A DNA stretch of 63,959 bases, filler included, from a bacterium (GTDB lineage Bacteria > UBA9089 > CG2-30-40-21 > SBAY01): the NCBI GenBank assembly GCA_040757115.1. It is 14 parts of 14 records of this genome, joined end to end, with 100 filler letters (N's around TTAATTAATTAA, not from the genome) between each part and the next. Parts side by side here need not be neighbours in the genome. Positions count along the whole stretch, not along the records: positions 1 to 3,026 come from JBFLYA010000351.1; positions 3,127 to 6,141 come from JBFLYA010000352.1; positions 6,242 to 9,218 come from JBFLYA010000353.1; positions 9,319 to 12,284 come from JBFLYA010000354.1; 10 more parts are not named here. One strand, given 5' to 3'. Under the pieces are notes generated by a model, which was not told where the DNA came from, ran no database searches, and worked only from the letters and a program-made list of their open reading frames with translations. Positions 1 to 9,700 of this stretch are shown here, one piece after another. Numbering within the stretch: the first letter of the stretch is position 1; every line of letters starts with the position of its first letter. Position numbers and translations under genes: made by a program.

Positions 1-126
1 TGTTTTCCACAATCAATTTCTACCTATTTCTATAAATTTCAATCTATTTCTATTATCTTATCTCCATATCGCCCTTATCTCCTTATCCCCTTTCTTACAC
101 TTTTGATATATAGCCTGAACGGTTAC
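1..126. mobile_element. MITE family A (GTAA-end, IS66-like terminus), partial at contig edge
   Basis: Ends in CCTGAACGGTTAC; near-identical copies at 18222-18348, 21459-21580, 58540-58731, 63833-63959; other half of the element at 55574-55697. Confidence 0.85.
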
Positions 127-1421
127 AGATTTCCTATATGAATTTCCCAATCCTTTTTCTTTAATCCATACCCCAAATTAATGCTAATTCCACCGATTAA
201 GGAATGATGAATCCTGATTCCTGTTCCTATTCCATATTCAAGGTCGTCCAGATTAATCCGTTTGCCTTTTTCCCATGAATAACCCGCATCCGTAAATAAA
301 ACCCCTTGAATGAAATTAGTTAACCCAAAACGATATTCAGTGGTGAAAATTAATAATTTATTTCCTCCGGTGTTTGTCAGTCCCCTTTCTTTATACCCGC
401 GAATGGTATCAATTCCTCCCACATAAAACCTTTCATAAAACGGGGCATTTCCATTAATATAACCACTTTTGCTCGAGAGAGCCAATACTTGTGCATTACC
501 CAGACTTAAGTATTGATTCAAGTTCAGGGTATATTTAGTAAAGTTATAATCCGCACCCAAAGAATCATTCACTATCTCGCCCAACAACTCATACTTTCCA
601 CCAGTTATGGGATTGAGCCATCGGGTTTCGTCAGGAGATTCAAAAGGAAGGGCATATTTAGCCTGTATATCCTGAAATTTACAAGAGTCAAAGTCCAGAT
701 GCACAATCAAGCTCTTTATTTGGGCTGTTGGTTTTGTGGTAGTTATTTCTGGATAGTCTTCACTTACCTGAACATTCTCATCACGATATTTTAGCCAGAG
801 ATTAACATTTTTGAAAATAGCCCTTTTACCAAATTCGAGTAAAAAACCATCCTGGTCAATCCAGTATTTACCACTATCTTCATAAGGGAATTGAGTTCTT
901 TTGTATTCATCACTGTATATTTTTAACTTAAAGGAATAAGGTGTATGGAATAAGCGGGGCTCATAAAGCGTAAATGATGAAGAATCCACATTTTTACCTT
1001 TTTTCAAACCAACTCCTAAATGCATCCCTCGATGCAGGAAATTTTCATACCAGACCTGGCAGAAACCAAAGAATTTTTCTTCATCACTATAGCCGGCATT
1101 TAAGGTAAGGGATTTGGATTTCGTTTCCTGGATTTCAAAGATGACGATTAATTTCCCCTCTTCACTACCAGGTTTGATATAGAGATTAACCTGTTCAATA
1201 TACTTCAAGTTACGGATTATCTCATTCTTATCTTCTATTGCCTTTTTGAGGTCAAATTTTTCCCCTACTTCAATCGTTATTTCTCGTCTTATGAATTTTT
1301 CACGGATTTTAGTTACGCCTTGAATTTCAATCTTTTCAATTATCCCGGTAACTTCACTATCTGCCCGGGCGATTGTGACGAGGCAAAAGATGATTAACCC
1401 ACCTAAAATCAACCGACCCAT
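123..1421 (-). CDS. Omp85/BamA-family outer membrane protein with a single POTRA domain
   Basis: Signal peptide, POTRA-like IEKIEIQGVTKIREKFIRREI, barrel motifs FYVGGIDTIRGY and LFTDAG...GIGTGIR. Confidence 0.85.
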   Translation of the reverse strand: MGRLILGGLIIFCLVTIARADSEVTGIIEKIEIQGVTKIREKFIRREITIEVGEKFDLKKAIEDKNEIIRNLKYIEQVNLYIKPGSEEGKLIVIFEIQETKSKSLTLNAGYSDEEKFFGFCQVWYENFLHRGMHLGVGLKKGKNVDSSSFTLYEPRLFHTPYSFKLKIYSDEYKRTQFPYEDSGKYWIDQDGFLLEFGKRAIFKNVNLWLKYRDENVQVSEDYPEITTTKPTAQIKSLIVHLDFDSCKFQDIQAKYALPFESPDETRWLNPITGGKYELLGEIVNDSLGADYNFTKYTLNLNQYLSLGNAQVLALSSKSGYINGNAPFYERFYVGGIDTIRGYKERGLTNTGGNKLLIFTTEYRFGLTNFIQGVLFTDAGYSWEKGKRINLDDLEYGIGTGIRIHHSLIGGISINLGYGLKKKDWEIHIGNL

Positions 1422-1461
1422 TTTGCATTCCTCCTTTTGGGGTAATTGGTAATTAATTACC

Positions 1462-1951
1462 GTACCTGTTTAGCGTGGTCAGAGAGCACAAATGAATGGT
1501 ACTGACTTATTGCGAAACCACTTCAAACACAACAAGTTGTGTAATACAAAATCAAAAATTAAATATTAAAATGCAAAATGACATATCAAATATCAAAAAT
1601 CTTGACTTCGTGTTTAATTTATTGCCTTACAAGCATACTCAAAGAAAACAGGTTTGCAAAAACTTTCTTGAAAGGATTCAAGGGGTCAAGGGATCCAGGG
1701 GGCGAGTGAACACCTTATTTTTCACCTCCCTTGAATCCTTGATCCCTCGAATCCTTGATCCCTTTTTAGAGCAAAATATTTGCAAACTCAATTTATTTGG
1801 GTATATTTTTGCATTTTGCTTTGTCCTTTTGATTTTTACATTTTGATATTTGCATTAAACTCCTTGTGGAATATTTCGCACCGGTATCCTAATTGTTTAA
1901 CAAAGAATTACTTCTCAAATCAACGCAATTTGGAACACGCTAAACACGTAC
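1462..1951. mobile_element. MITE family H with nested family I element
   Basis: Ends GTACCTGTTTAGCGTG / CACGCTAAACACGTAC; GGTAATTAATTACC on both sides; inverted copy without the insert at 22572-22919. Confidence 0.8.
1635..1805. mobile_element. MITE family I (TA-flanked), nested in H
   Basis: Ends ATACTCAAAGAAA / TTTATTTGGGTATA; stand-alone inverted copy at 15629-15800. Confidence 0.8.
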
Positions 1952-1960
1952 GGTAATTAA

Positions 1961-2503
1961 TTACCAACCACCATTTACCACATCCGAGTAATTTTCCCTC
2001 AAATATCTCGTCAGACCTTCTAAATCCCTGGGAAGGGTTCTATTCGTCTTTTCCTCGATGAACGAATAGGTTAAGTCTAAACACTTTTGGGCAATGGATG
2101 AGGCATATTGAATATCTTTTTCATCGTATTCCTTTAATCGTATTTCACCAGCAATGGTAACACTGTATCTTGTCGGGATATAAGTCCATTCTAATTCCCT
2201 TAGATCAGACATAATTTCTGTAAAGCCTTCCCTCATTTTTTTTGAAAGGGCAGGGATAACAAACCTTTTAAAAATATTAGTGCATTTATGCTCCTTAATC
2301 ACTAATTTCCCTAAGATTGCCAGACAACCCTTCATTGATTTTTCAGTTGCTTGTTGGAAATGAAATAAAGCCTTACTGTAACGATTATTTGTTAAAAGGT
2401 CATATCCACTTTCAAGGTCATCAAGGGCATCTCTGAGATAAGCAATTGCTCGGGCATGACACTTATGAAGATAATTCCCACCCAATTCTTGATTCCTCCT
2501 CAT
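1961..2503 (-). CDS. HEPN domain protein (HEPN-MNT pair)
   Basis: ALFHFQQATEKSMKG...KEH...PTRY pattern; overlaps upstream nucleotidyltransferase. Confidence 0.8.
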   Translation of the reverse strand: MRRNQELGGNYLHKCHARAIAYLRDALDDLESGYDLLTNNRYSKALFHFQQATEKSMKGCLAILGKLVIKEHKCTNIFKRFVIPALSKKMREGFTEIMSDLRELEWTYIPTRYSVTIAGEIRLKEYDEKDIQYASSIAQKCLDLTYSFIEEKTNRTLPRDLEGLTRYLRENYSDVVNGGW

Positions 2504-2897
2504 AGATAGGTTTTATTTTTTGAGAGATTATCAATTCTCTTAATTCCTCTAAAGGATAATTTCCATAAACGAGGACTCCGTCTGTTATCACTTCTAATGT
2601 AAATGGAGAGGAAAAATCTTTTAATCCCTCTTCAGTAACAAATACCGGGTCAATAGGATGCGTTAGCCCTATCTCATCACACAATTCCATTATTTTTGCA
2701 CCAAATTTGTAGTCAGGTTGGGGATATTCTCTGACGATAATACAGAAATCCAGGTCTTCATCCGGATGAGATTTCCCCCTACCAACTGAGCCAAAGAGGA
2801 TAATCGCCTTTATTTTTTCTCCTAATGTTTTCAAGCATATCTCGACAAATGAATTTATCTCCTTTGTGAGGAGCTCGTTAAATTTCTTTAGGGACAT
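2463..2897 (-). CDS. Minimal nucleotidyltransferase (MNT antitoxin-like)
   Basis: ILFGSVGRG...EDLDF motif. Confidence 0.85.
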   Translation of the reverse strand: MSLKKFNELLTKEINSFVEICLKTLGEKIKAIILFGSVGRGKSHPDEDLDFCIIVREYPQPDYKFGAKIMELCDEIGLTHPIDPVFVTEEGLKDFSSPFTLEVITDGVLVYGNYPLEELRELIISQKIKPIYEEESRIGWELSS

Positions 2898-3026
2898 TTT
2901 CTATTCTCCTGAAGATAAGGAAGTAGAAAGTAGAGAGTAGAAAGTAGAAAGTAAAGAAAACATCACTCCTTACGCCTATCTCCTTACCTCCCACTTTCTA
3001 TCTCCTCCCACTATTTTCATCATCCT

Positions 3027-3126
3027 NNNNNNNNNNNNNNNNNNNNNNNNNNNNNNNNNNNNNNNNNNNNTTAATTAATTAANNNNNNNNNNNNNNNNNN
3101 NNNNNNNNNNNNNNNNNNNNNNNNNN
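3027..3126. other. Artificial contig spacer (first of 13)
   Basis: N-run/TTAATTAATTAA/N-run of 100 nt; others start at 6142, 9219, 12285, 15337, 18349, 21359, 24369, 49497, 52505, 55474, 58440, 61406. Confidence 0.99.
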
Positions 3127-3141
3127 ATAATTAATGATAAG

Positions 3142-3858
3142 GTGAATTTATTTATATCTCAAGAAAATAAAATGAATTTCCTGCCAACTAAATTGACTGT
3201 AAAAGGCATTTTTGAGACAGGGATGTATGAATACGATGCCAATTTTGCCTGTCTTCATTTAAAAGAAACTCAAGATTTACTTGGATTAAAAAATGCGGTA
3301 AGCGTCATTACTGTAAAAACAAGTGATATATGTCTGGTTTCAAAACTCGCCGAAAAGATAATAAATAAATTAGGCTATCCGTATTGGGTTAGAACCTGGG
3401 AGCAGATGAATAAAAACCTCTTTTTTGCCTTAAAATTAGAGAAAACTGTGATGTTTATTATCCTTTCCCTGATTATTCTGGTTGCTGGATTTAACATTGC
3501 GTCAAGCTTAATGATGCGAGTGATGGAAAAGACAAAGGAGATTGGAATACTCCGGGCTATGGGCGCCAGTTCTTTAAGTATTCAGGCAATATTTTTATTA
3601 GAAGGGGCAATTATCGGCATAGTTGGAACAATTATTGGATTTTTAGCCGGAATAGGACTGTGTGAATTATTAGCAAAATATCAATTTATTAAACTACCGG
3701 GTGATGTCTATTATCTTAGTTCTATTCCCGTCCATATAAGATGGAACGATGTTGGACTTATAAGTTTATCTGCGATTATTTTAAGTCTGCTTTCGGCAAT
3801 CTATCCGGCAAGATATGCTAATTCATTAAAACCAATCGAGGCATTGAGGTATGAGTAG
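3142..3858 (+). CDS. Lipoprotein-releasing ABC permease LolC/E family, 5'-truncated by contig edge
   Basis: EKTKEIGILRAMGA, DVYYLSSIP, YPARYA...PIEALRYE. Confidence 0.9.
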   Translation: MNLFISQENKMNFLPTKLTVKGIFETGMYEYDANFACLHLKETQDLLGLKNAVSVITVKTSDICLVSKLAEKIINKLGYPYWVRTWEQMNKNLFFALKLEKTVMFIILSLIILVAGFNIASSLMMRVMEKTKEIGILRAMGASSLSIQAIFLLEGAIIGIVGTIIGFLAGIGLCELLAKYQFIKLPGDVYYLSSIPVHIRWNDVGLISLSAIILSLLSAIYPARYANSLKPIEALRYE

Positions 3859-3925
3859 GAAGTAGATAGTAGTCAGTAAAGAAACAGAGAAGGGAAGAAA
3901 AAGGTTAAGAGGTTAAAAGGATAGG

Positions 3926-4594
3926 ATGATACTTAAGGCGATTGATGTTTATAAATCATACATAAGTGGTAAAATAGAGATTAATGTGCTTTGCGGCTTA
4001 AATTTAGAGGTAAAAAAAGGGGAGATTGTAGTTATCGTTGGTGCCTCTGGCGTGGGCAAAAGCACCTTGCTTAATCTCTTAGGCACACTGGATAAACCGG
4101 ATAAAGGAGAGATTCGCTTTGAAGGGGAAAATATTGCCCAATTGAGTAAACTGGCAAGATTCAGGAACGAATCGATGGGATTCGTCTTTCAGTTCCATCA
4201 TCTCCTGCCTGAATTTAGTGCCCTGGAAAATGTAATGTTACCGGGTTTAATTGCTCGACGGCAACAAGGTAAAATAAAAAAAGAGGCAGAATTGTTTTTA
4301 GAAGAAGTTGGATTAGGCGAAAGAAAAAACCATAAACCCGGTCAACTATCCTGTGGCGAGGCACAACGAGTCGCCATAGTCCGTGCTTTAATAAATAATC
4401 CTCAACTGATTTTAGCCGATGAACCAACCGGGAACTTAGATTGGCACACGGCTCAAGAAGTCTATAGCCTTCTTGAAAAACTTATAAGAGAAAAAAATCA
4501 TACCCTGATTATGGTTACTCATAATGACGAGTTAGCTAAAAGAGCCGATAGGAGACTTAAATTAGTTGATGGAAAACTAAAAGAAGGGGCTTAG
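3926..4594 (+). CDS. lolD: Lipoprotein-releasing ABC ATPase
   Basis: Walker A GASGVGKS, GFVFQFHHLLPEF, LADEPTGNLD; follows lolC/E. Confidence 0.85.
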   Translation: MILKAIDVYKSYISGKIEINVLCGLNLEVKKGEIVVIVGASGVGKSTLLNLLGTLDKPDKGEIRFEGENIAQLSKLARFRNESMGFVFQFHHLLPEFSALENVMLPGLIARRQQGKIKKEAELFLEEVGLGERKNHKPGQLSCGEAQRVAIVRALINNPQLILADEPTGNLDWHTAQEVYSLLEKLIREKNHTLIMVTHNDELAKRADRRLKLVDGKLKEGA

Positions 4595-4599
4595 ATGAA

Positions 4600-6009
4600 T
4601 CATCTCGACAAATAAATTAATTCTCCCATTTTCTCATCTCCAACCGAAAGATGCCACTGAATTAATGAACTTTTTATACTTTCACTGATTATTTCTATCC
4701 TTTGCAGGTTTTTCCGAATATTCTTTAATTTTGAATTAAAACTATCCTTATCAATCATCTCCATACCTTGAAATGGTGTGCTAAGTTTAGGAATAAATGG
4801 ATTGATACTGATGACTAATCGTCCTTTGAAACTGGCTTTAATATTGGAAATTAAGGTAATTAATGCCTTAATATCTTCTTGAGTCTCTGTTGGAATGCCA
4901 AGCATAAAGTATAACTTAAGGGTAAGAGGGAGATGGCTATTCAGTAATTCTATTTTCTCTATGATTTTCTCATCTGATATAGGTTTATTAATTAGTTGGC
5001 GAAGCCCTGGTGAGCCTGCCTCTGGAGCGATGGTTATAGTTTTTTGATTCAGAGTTTTTAGTAATTCTTTAGTGATTGCCTGAATTCTGAGTGAAGATAA
5101 AGATACTTCACCGCCAAGTTCTTTTATCTTCTGGCATATTTCCTGTAAATCAGGATGATTGGATATTGCCCCGCCAACCAATCCGAGCCTTTTAGTATAT
5201 TTTAATCCTTCTTCTACCTGGCTAAGAATAACATTCAGGCTTCTATATCGAAATGGTTTATACAAATGGCTGGCAAGACAAAATTTACACATTTGGGGAC
5301 AGCCTCTGGTCAATTCAATGAGGAACATATTGCTAAATTCAGTGTTTTTAGTTATGATGCAGGAGTTCGTTGGATAGAGGTCTAAGAAAGGAATGTGTCT
5401 TTTGCTAAACTCCTTTTGACCAGAGGATGGAACATAAACCCCAGGGATTTGATTTAAATTAAAAAGTATCTTCTCCTTTGGCAAATCTCTTGAAATTAAA
5501 TAAGAATCAACAACTTCATTTACTACCTCTTCGCCTTCTCCGATTATAAATATATCCATAAATGAAGATAGTGGTTTTGGGTTAGCTGTAACCGCAGTTC
5601 CACCAGCAATGATTAAAGGGTAAGATTTATCTCTATCTCTGGACAACAATGGGATTTTTGCCAGGTCTAATATCGGCAGGATATTAAAATAGTCTAATTC
5701 AAAAGGGAGACTAAAAGCAATAATGTCAAACTCATTTAGTGGTCTTTGAGATTCAAGACTAAATAGGGTTGTTTTTGACTTCAGAAACTCCCTTAATTCC
5801 TCTTTCTCTGGTTTAAAACTCCGCTCACACCAGGTATCATCCCTTTTATTCAATAATTGATAGATAGTTTGAAATCCGAGGTTGGACATCCCAAGATAAT
5901 AGGTATTCGGATAAACTAATACTACCGCTACATCTCTTCTATTCTTGTAATAAGCGCCAGTCTCCTGGTCTAATAATTTCTTAGTCTTTTCTATCAACTT
6001 CCAGGACAT
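4600..6009 (-). CDS. Radical SAM protein with N-terminal B12-binding-like domain
   Basis: RGCPQMCKFC (CxxxCxxC); YPNTYYLGMSNLGFQ; TIAPEAGS. Confidence 0.85.
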   Translation of the reverse strand: MSWKLIEKTKKLLDQETGAYYKNRRDVAVVLVYPNTYYLGMSNLGFQTIYQLLNKRDDTWCERSFKPEKEELREFLKSKTTLFSLESQRPLNEFDIIAFSLPFELDYFNILPILDLAKIPLLSRDRDKSYPLIIAGGTAVTANPKPLSSFMDIFIIGEGEEVVNEVVDSYLISRDLPKEKILFNLNQIPGVYVPSSGQKEFSKRHIPFLDLYPTNSCIITKNTEFSNMFLIELTRGCPQMCKFCLASHLYKPFRYRSLNVILSQVEEGLKYTKRLGLVGGAISNHPDLQEICQKIKELGGEVSLSSLRIQAITKELLKTLNQKTITIAPEAGSPGLRQLINKPISDEKIIEKIELLNSHLPLTLKLYFMLGIPTETQEDIKALITLISNIKASFKGRLVISINPFIPKLSTPFQGMEMIDKDSFNSKLKNIRKNLQRIEIISESIKSSLIQWHLSVGDEKMGELIYLSR

Positions 6010-6241
6010 AATACTTAATATTCTAACTCCACTACTTTCTTTTCTTTGTCCTTTTTCAAAATAACGGTTTCTCTGGTAATCTCCACGACCTCATAACCAC
6101 TAATTTTATCCCCAATACTAACTAATTGAGATTGTGGCTCCNNNNNNNNNNNNNNNNNNNNNNNNNNNNNNNNNNNNNNNNNNNNTTAATTAATTAANNN
6201 NNNNNNNNNNNNNNNNNNNNNNNNNNNNNNNNNNNNNNNNN

Positions 6242-6361
6242 AGTTCAGGTGCGGCGGGGAGAATTATCACAAAAGTTTGATAGCAAGATAAAACTTTGAG
6301 AGACCACAAAACTCTGACCACGGCACAGTCCCCCGCCGTCAACTGCAACGCAGGGTTAGAC
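6242..6361 (-). other. attC-like site (long type), cut by contig edge
   Basis: Minus strand GTCTAAC-cctgcgttgcagttgacggcggggga...tccccgccgcacctgaact. Confidence 0.7.
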
Positions 6362-6460
6362 AAAAGCTCTCATTCGCTGTCTTTTCCTTTTCCTCTGCCT
6401 CACCGAATTATTGTGCATTCCACATTCACGGTTTGCCCCTACTAATATCCTATCTCATGT

Positions 6461-7315
6461 CTATTCTTCAACAATATAAAGAGTAAATCTTGAACCCGCA
6501 TGAAGCCCATTTGTAGCCGAATGCTTAATACCAATTTTTGTTATAAAACTATAAGCGTGTCGTGTATGGACCCCACGATATTCCTCAAGACTAATCGGTG
6601 GCCATCCAAATTCAGATCTTGAGTACGCTGTGAACAACCCAGTTTGCTACCACCATTCACGGACACGAATTTCGTATACAAGGTTTGCTCTCGAATGAGA
6701 GTCAAGATAAAGAACATAGGGATCATTATATTTTGCTGTCGTTAAAGAACTGCCAGACGCTTTAGTGCGCTGCGTTGAATAGTTTGTAGTTACATAGTCC
6801 CCGTCAAAGTAAACACCGATCCAACCCGCACCTGCTGCCGGATTATTTGCAATCTCTGCGTCAAGAATGTATCGTCTATCTGGCAATAGCTGAAACTCAA
6901 CAGTTGTAGTGTCCCCTGGCAGTACTACCTGAGAAACTATCCGTATAATTCCTTTTCCTACAATTGTTCCGGACGCTTTTACATCACCTATAATATCCAG
7001 CTTTGCCGCAGGTTCGGTAGTTCCGATACCGATATTGCCTTCCTTGGTAATTCGCATCCGTTCCTGCCAACCAGTTGTATCCTTGGTGGAAAACACCATA
7101 TCATCTGTTGGAGTACCACCCGGTACACAATTACCTATTGTCCAATCATATTGACCCGGAACCTCACCACCTACAAAACACCCTAAACCACCCATAAGGT
7201 TACCAGCAGATGGAGTAAGAATAGCATCTGCACTGTAAATTTGTGCTGCAAAGGCAGATGTAGGGCTGATAATTAGCCCAACTAACAACATCACTGAAAT
7301 TATTGTCTTTTTCAT
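6461..7315 (-). pseudogene. Exported GNIGIGT-motif (tail-fibre-like) protein interrupted by one in-frame TAG at 6647-6649
   Basis: First ~95 aa nearly identical to 16197..16964; frame stays open 61 codons past the TAG, ending ITKIGIKHSATNGLHAGSRFTLYIVEE. Confidence 0.65.
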
Positions 7316-7511
7316 TTTTTTACTTCCTTTTTAGTTTTTGTCGAGATATGAATCTCGACCTACATATCTGTTACCTTGTACACTAATCAGGCATCGTCAT
7401 TGGGTTTTAGGTTGTGCTGCTCGAATTGTCAATAGTTTTTCGGTTAAGGGTTTTAACGATATACGATTACCCTTTACCGTTTCGAGCTGCGTAACCCTTC
7501 AACGCCTACCC

Positions 7512-7601
7512 TTGCCCGACAATAAATTTTGGAGGAGGTTTTTTCACCATCTTTCTTTGCAAGATTGGGCTCATACAAGGTACTTTATATTTTAACCGTA
7601 A
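7512..7601 (-). promoter_or_regulatory. Conserved 5' leader motif, copy 1
   Basis: Shared with 15958-16048 (+) and 36586-36690 (-), always sense to a downstream exported-protein gene. Confidence 0.6.
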
Positions 7602-7609
7602 CAACTTCT

Positions 7610-7667
7610 TGTAGGTCGATTTTCCAAAATCGACATCTCTTTTGTCTTAGATATGGATCTGACCTAC
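7610..7667. repeat. GTAG-type REP doublet
   Basis: TGTAGGTCGATTTT-CC-AAAATCGAC plus inverted partner ending GACCTACA; related units at 7339-7363 and 15891-15950. Confidence 0.6.
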
Positions 7668-7776
7668 ATATATTTTTACGGGTTATATGGGGTAGAAATT
7701 AAACTTTAGAAGCATTATTTATTTTTTAGTAAGGTTGAATCAATCTACTTGAAAAGCTAATTAAACATGATTACCC

Positions 7777-7844
7777 CTTGAGATACTACAAAACTTTCAA
7801 TTACGGCACAATCCCCCGCCGTCCACTGCAACGATTTGTTAGGT
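7777..7844 (-). other. attC-like half site abutting the toxin stop codon
   Basis: Minus strand TG-ACCTAAC-aaatcgttgcagtggacggcggggga; homologous to the site at 6242-6361; right arm missing. Confidence 0.6.
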
Positions 7845-8113
7845 CAATAAACTTCATCATGTTTTCCTATATCTACAAATACCACCCTATTCCTATCAGC
7901 AAAATAAAATATTACCCGGACATCGTATTCAATATTAAAACTCCATAATTCTTGTAGTCTTCCTGATAACTTGTGTGTCTTCAAAATTCTATCAAAAGGA
8001 TCTTTTGTAAACATCTCTACTCTTTCCCAAAATTTCCGTTCTAACTCATCAGACCATTTAATCCTTTTCTTATACGCTCTTTTAAAAGAAGAACTAAAAC
8101 TGATTTCTATCAT
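7844..8113 (-). CDS. RelE/YafQ-superfamily mRNA interferase toxin
   Basis: 89 aa; SFKRAYKK...LKTHKLSG...DIGKHDEVY. Confidence 0.85.
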   Translation of the reverse strand: MIEISFSSSFKRAYKKRIKWSDELERKFWERVEMFTKDPFDRILKTHKLSGRLQELWSFNIEYDVRVIFYFADRNRVVFVDIGKHDEVY

Positions 8114-8325
8114 TTTTCTACCATTTTCCTTAGTTTGCGGACATCACTTGAAAATTCTAACTTCCCTTCTTCAAATTCTTTCAAGCTATTTTGATAATTT
8201 TTATAGATTTCTTCTCTCCGTTCCTCTATAAGATACCTCTCCGTCAAAAATTTAAGTTCCTCTTTTTCTTCAATTGATAATGATTTTACAGTGTCAATTA
8301 AATTATCATATGTCAATGTATTCAT
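8110..8325 (-). CDS. Putative antitoxin
   Basis: 71-aa acidic ORF with ATGA overlap to the toxin; GGAGG RBS. Confidence 0.75.
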   Translation of the reverse strand: MNTLTYDNLIDTVKSLSIEEKEELKFLTERYLIEERREEIYKNYQNSLKEFEEGKLEFSSDVRKLRKMVEK

Positions 8326-8346
8326 GATTATCCTCCAATTTTTCAG

Positions 8347-8409
8347 GTCTAACGATTGAGCTAAGCTGCGGCGGGCTTGCCCGCCGTCAGCTTCAGCGAT
8401 TGGTTAGAC
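8347..8409 (-). other. Complete attC-like recombination site (63 bp)
   Basis: Minus strand GTCTAAC caatcgc TGAAGC tgacggcgggcaagcccgccgca GCTTAGCTCA atc GTTAGAC; fits RYYYAAC...GTTRRRY with imperfect hairpin. Confidence 0.85.
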
Positions 8410-8496
8410 AAAAGATTCACTCCGCCGTCTTTCTCCTTTCTTCTTTTTGATAGTTAATTCTCACTTCGAGGTATGACCCCAATAACTTCTAACGTT

Positions 8497-9084
8497 TTAT
8501 TCTTCTATTTCTACTATCTCACCCGCGGCGCCGTTCCGGATAAGTTTGATGCTGATGACATAGATGTCAGACTTCCCGGGCCAGACCGAAAAGCCGATTC
8601 CGAAAGGCGTGCCCTTGACAAAAGGGATCTGATACACCGGCATCTGGACAATGTATCTCCCGGCTTTGGTTGGCGCGACCCCGATATATTGGGCATGCCC
8701 GTGTGGTTTAGCCGGGCCTATCTGCATAGACCAAGTGGCGATGGGGTGCGTTGGCTTCTTCACCGCATATTCGACCTCCATGCAGTCATATTCTTTCAAG
8801 TCACAGGGTAGTTTCTGCCAGAAATTGATAGAGCCGGGGGCTCCGGAAACGGATAATTTAGCACTCCCCTCATATTCCTCTGACCAGGATACTTTCCCTT
8901 TTGAACACCCCTTATAGTTGCTCGCCCAAATCCCATCGGTTTTCCATTCGCTGACAGAATCTTCATCCTTAAAATCCCATTGCTTGATAACATAGGAATC
9001 ATCATCATTCGAAGCTAATGATGATTTACCAACCCCTACAACCAACCCTACTATGCAAAGCAAAACTAAAATGTTTTTCTTCAT
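8497..9084 (-). CDS. Secreted hypothetical protein (beta-rich), probable cassette gene
   Basis: GAGGAGG RBS before ATG at 9084; signal peptide MKKNILVLLCIVGLVVG; higher GC than flanks; followed by attC. Confidence 0.7.
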   Translation of the reverse strand: MKKNILVLLCIVGLVVGVGKSSLASNDDDSYVIKQWDFKDEDSVSEWKTDGIWASNYKGCSKGKVSWSEEYEGSAKLSVSGAPGSINFWQKLPCDLKEYDCMEVEYAVKKPTHPIATWSMQIGPAKPHGHAQYIGVAPTKAGRYIVQMPVYQIPFVKGTPFGIGFSVWPGKSDIYVISIKLIRNGAAGEIVEIEE

Positions 9085-9578
9085 CTTAAAACCTCCTCGT
9101 ATAATATGTTTAATATAGTTATTAATTAATTTATAATTAATATTTAATAATATTTCTCTCCTCATGGGAGAGTTTATGAAATCTTTGATTGTGAACAAAA
9201 AGAAACTTGACTTTTATGNNNNNNNNNNNNNNNNNNNNNNNNNNNNNNNNNNNNNNNNNNNNTTAATTAATTAANNNNNNNNNNNNNNNNNNNNNNNNNN
9301 NNNNNNNNNNNNNNNNNNAACCCCAAGACCAATCCCGCAATTCCTATTTTCTTAACTTTTCTCATTTTCATTCACCTCGTATGCAATGAACGCATTGTCT
9401 TTTCCAGGGAATCCTTATGACAAGGAACTACTACTAAATGGATATGGTTTGTCATCAAGCAATACGCCCATATCTTTAATCCATGTCTTTCTGAATACAC
9501 CTTGAGCCATTCAAGATACCTCTTGCGGTCTTCGTCTCCAAAAAATATATCCTCTCTCCTGTTACCTCGTTGGGTTAC

Positions 9579-9700
9579 ATGGTAAGGAATGATGAAATAA
9601 TGACCATCAAAGACCTCTCCTCTTATCTTAAAATCAACAAGAAGACCATCTATAAACTCGCAAAACTTGGTAAATTGCCTGGTGTCAAAATCCGCCGGGA
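9579..9700 (+). pseudogene. Truncated excisionase-like HTH protein
   Basis: IMTIKDLSSYLKINKKTIYKLAKLGKLPGVKI; similarity ends where the convergent helicase gene ends. Confidence 0.6.

Noticed and set aside
1496-1846. ORFs recurring in near-identical form (1496..1846, 15624..16031, 24603..24803, 48688..48906, 45318..45572, 54041..54244, 59169..59384)
   Set aside because: They lie within MITEs or repeated leaders, lack RBS and recognisable domains; similarity reflects repeated DNA
4345-4360. LolD ABC signature LSCGE instead of LSGGE
   Set aside because: Single-base change with all other motifs intact; not enough to claim altered function
6647-6649. Genome-wide TAG reassignment
   Set aside because: rplN, map, lolC/E and panD end normally at TAG
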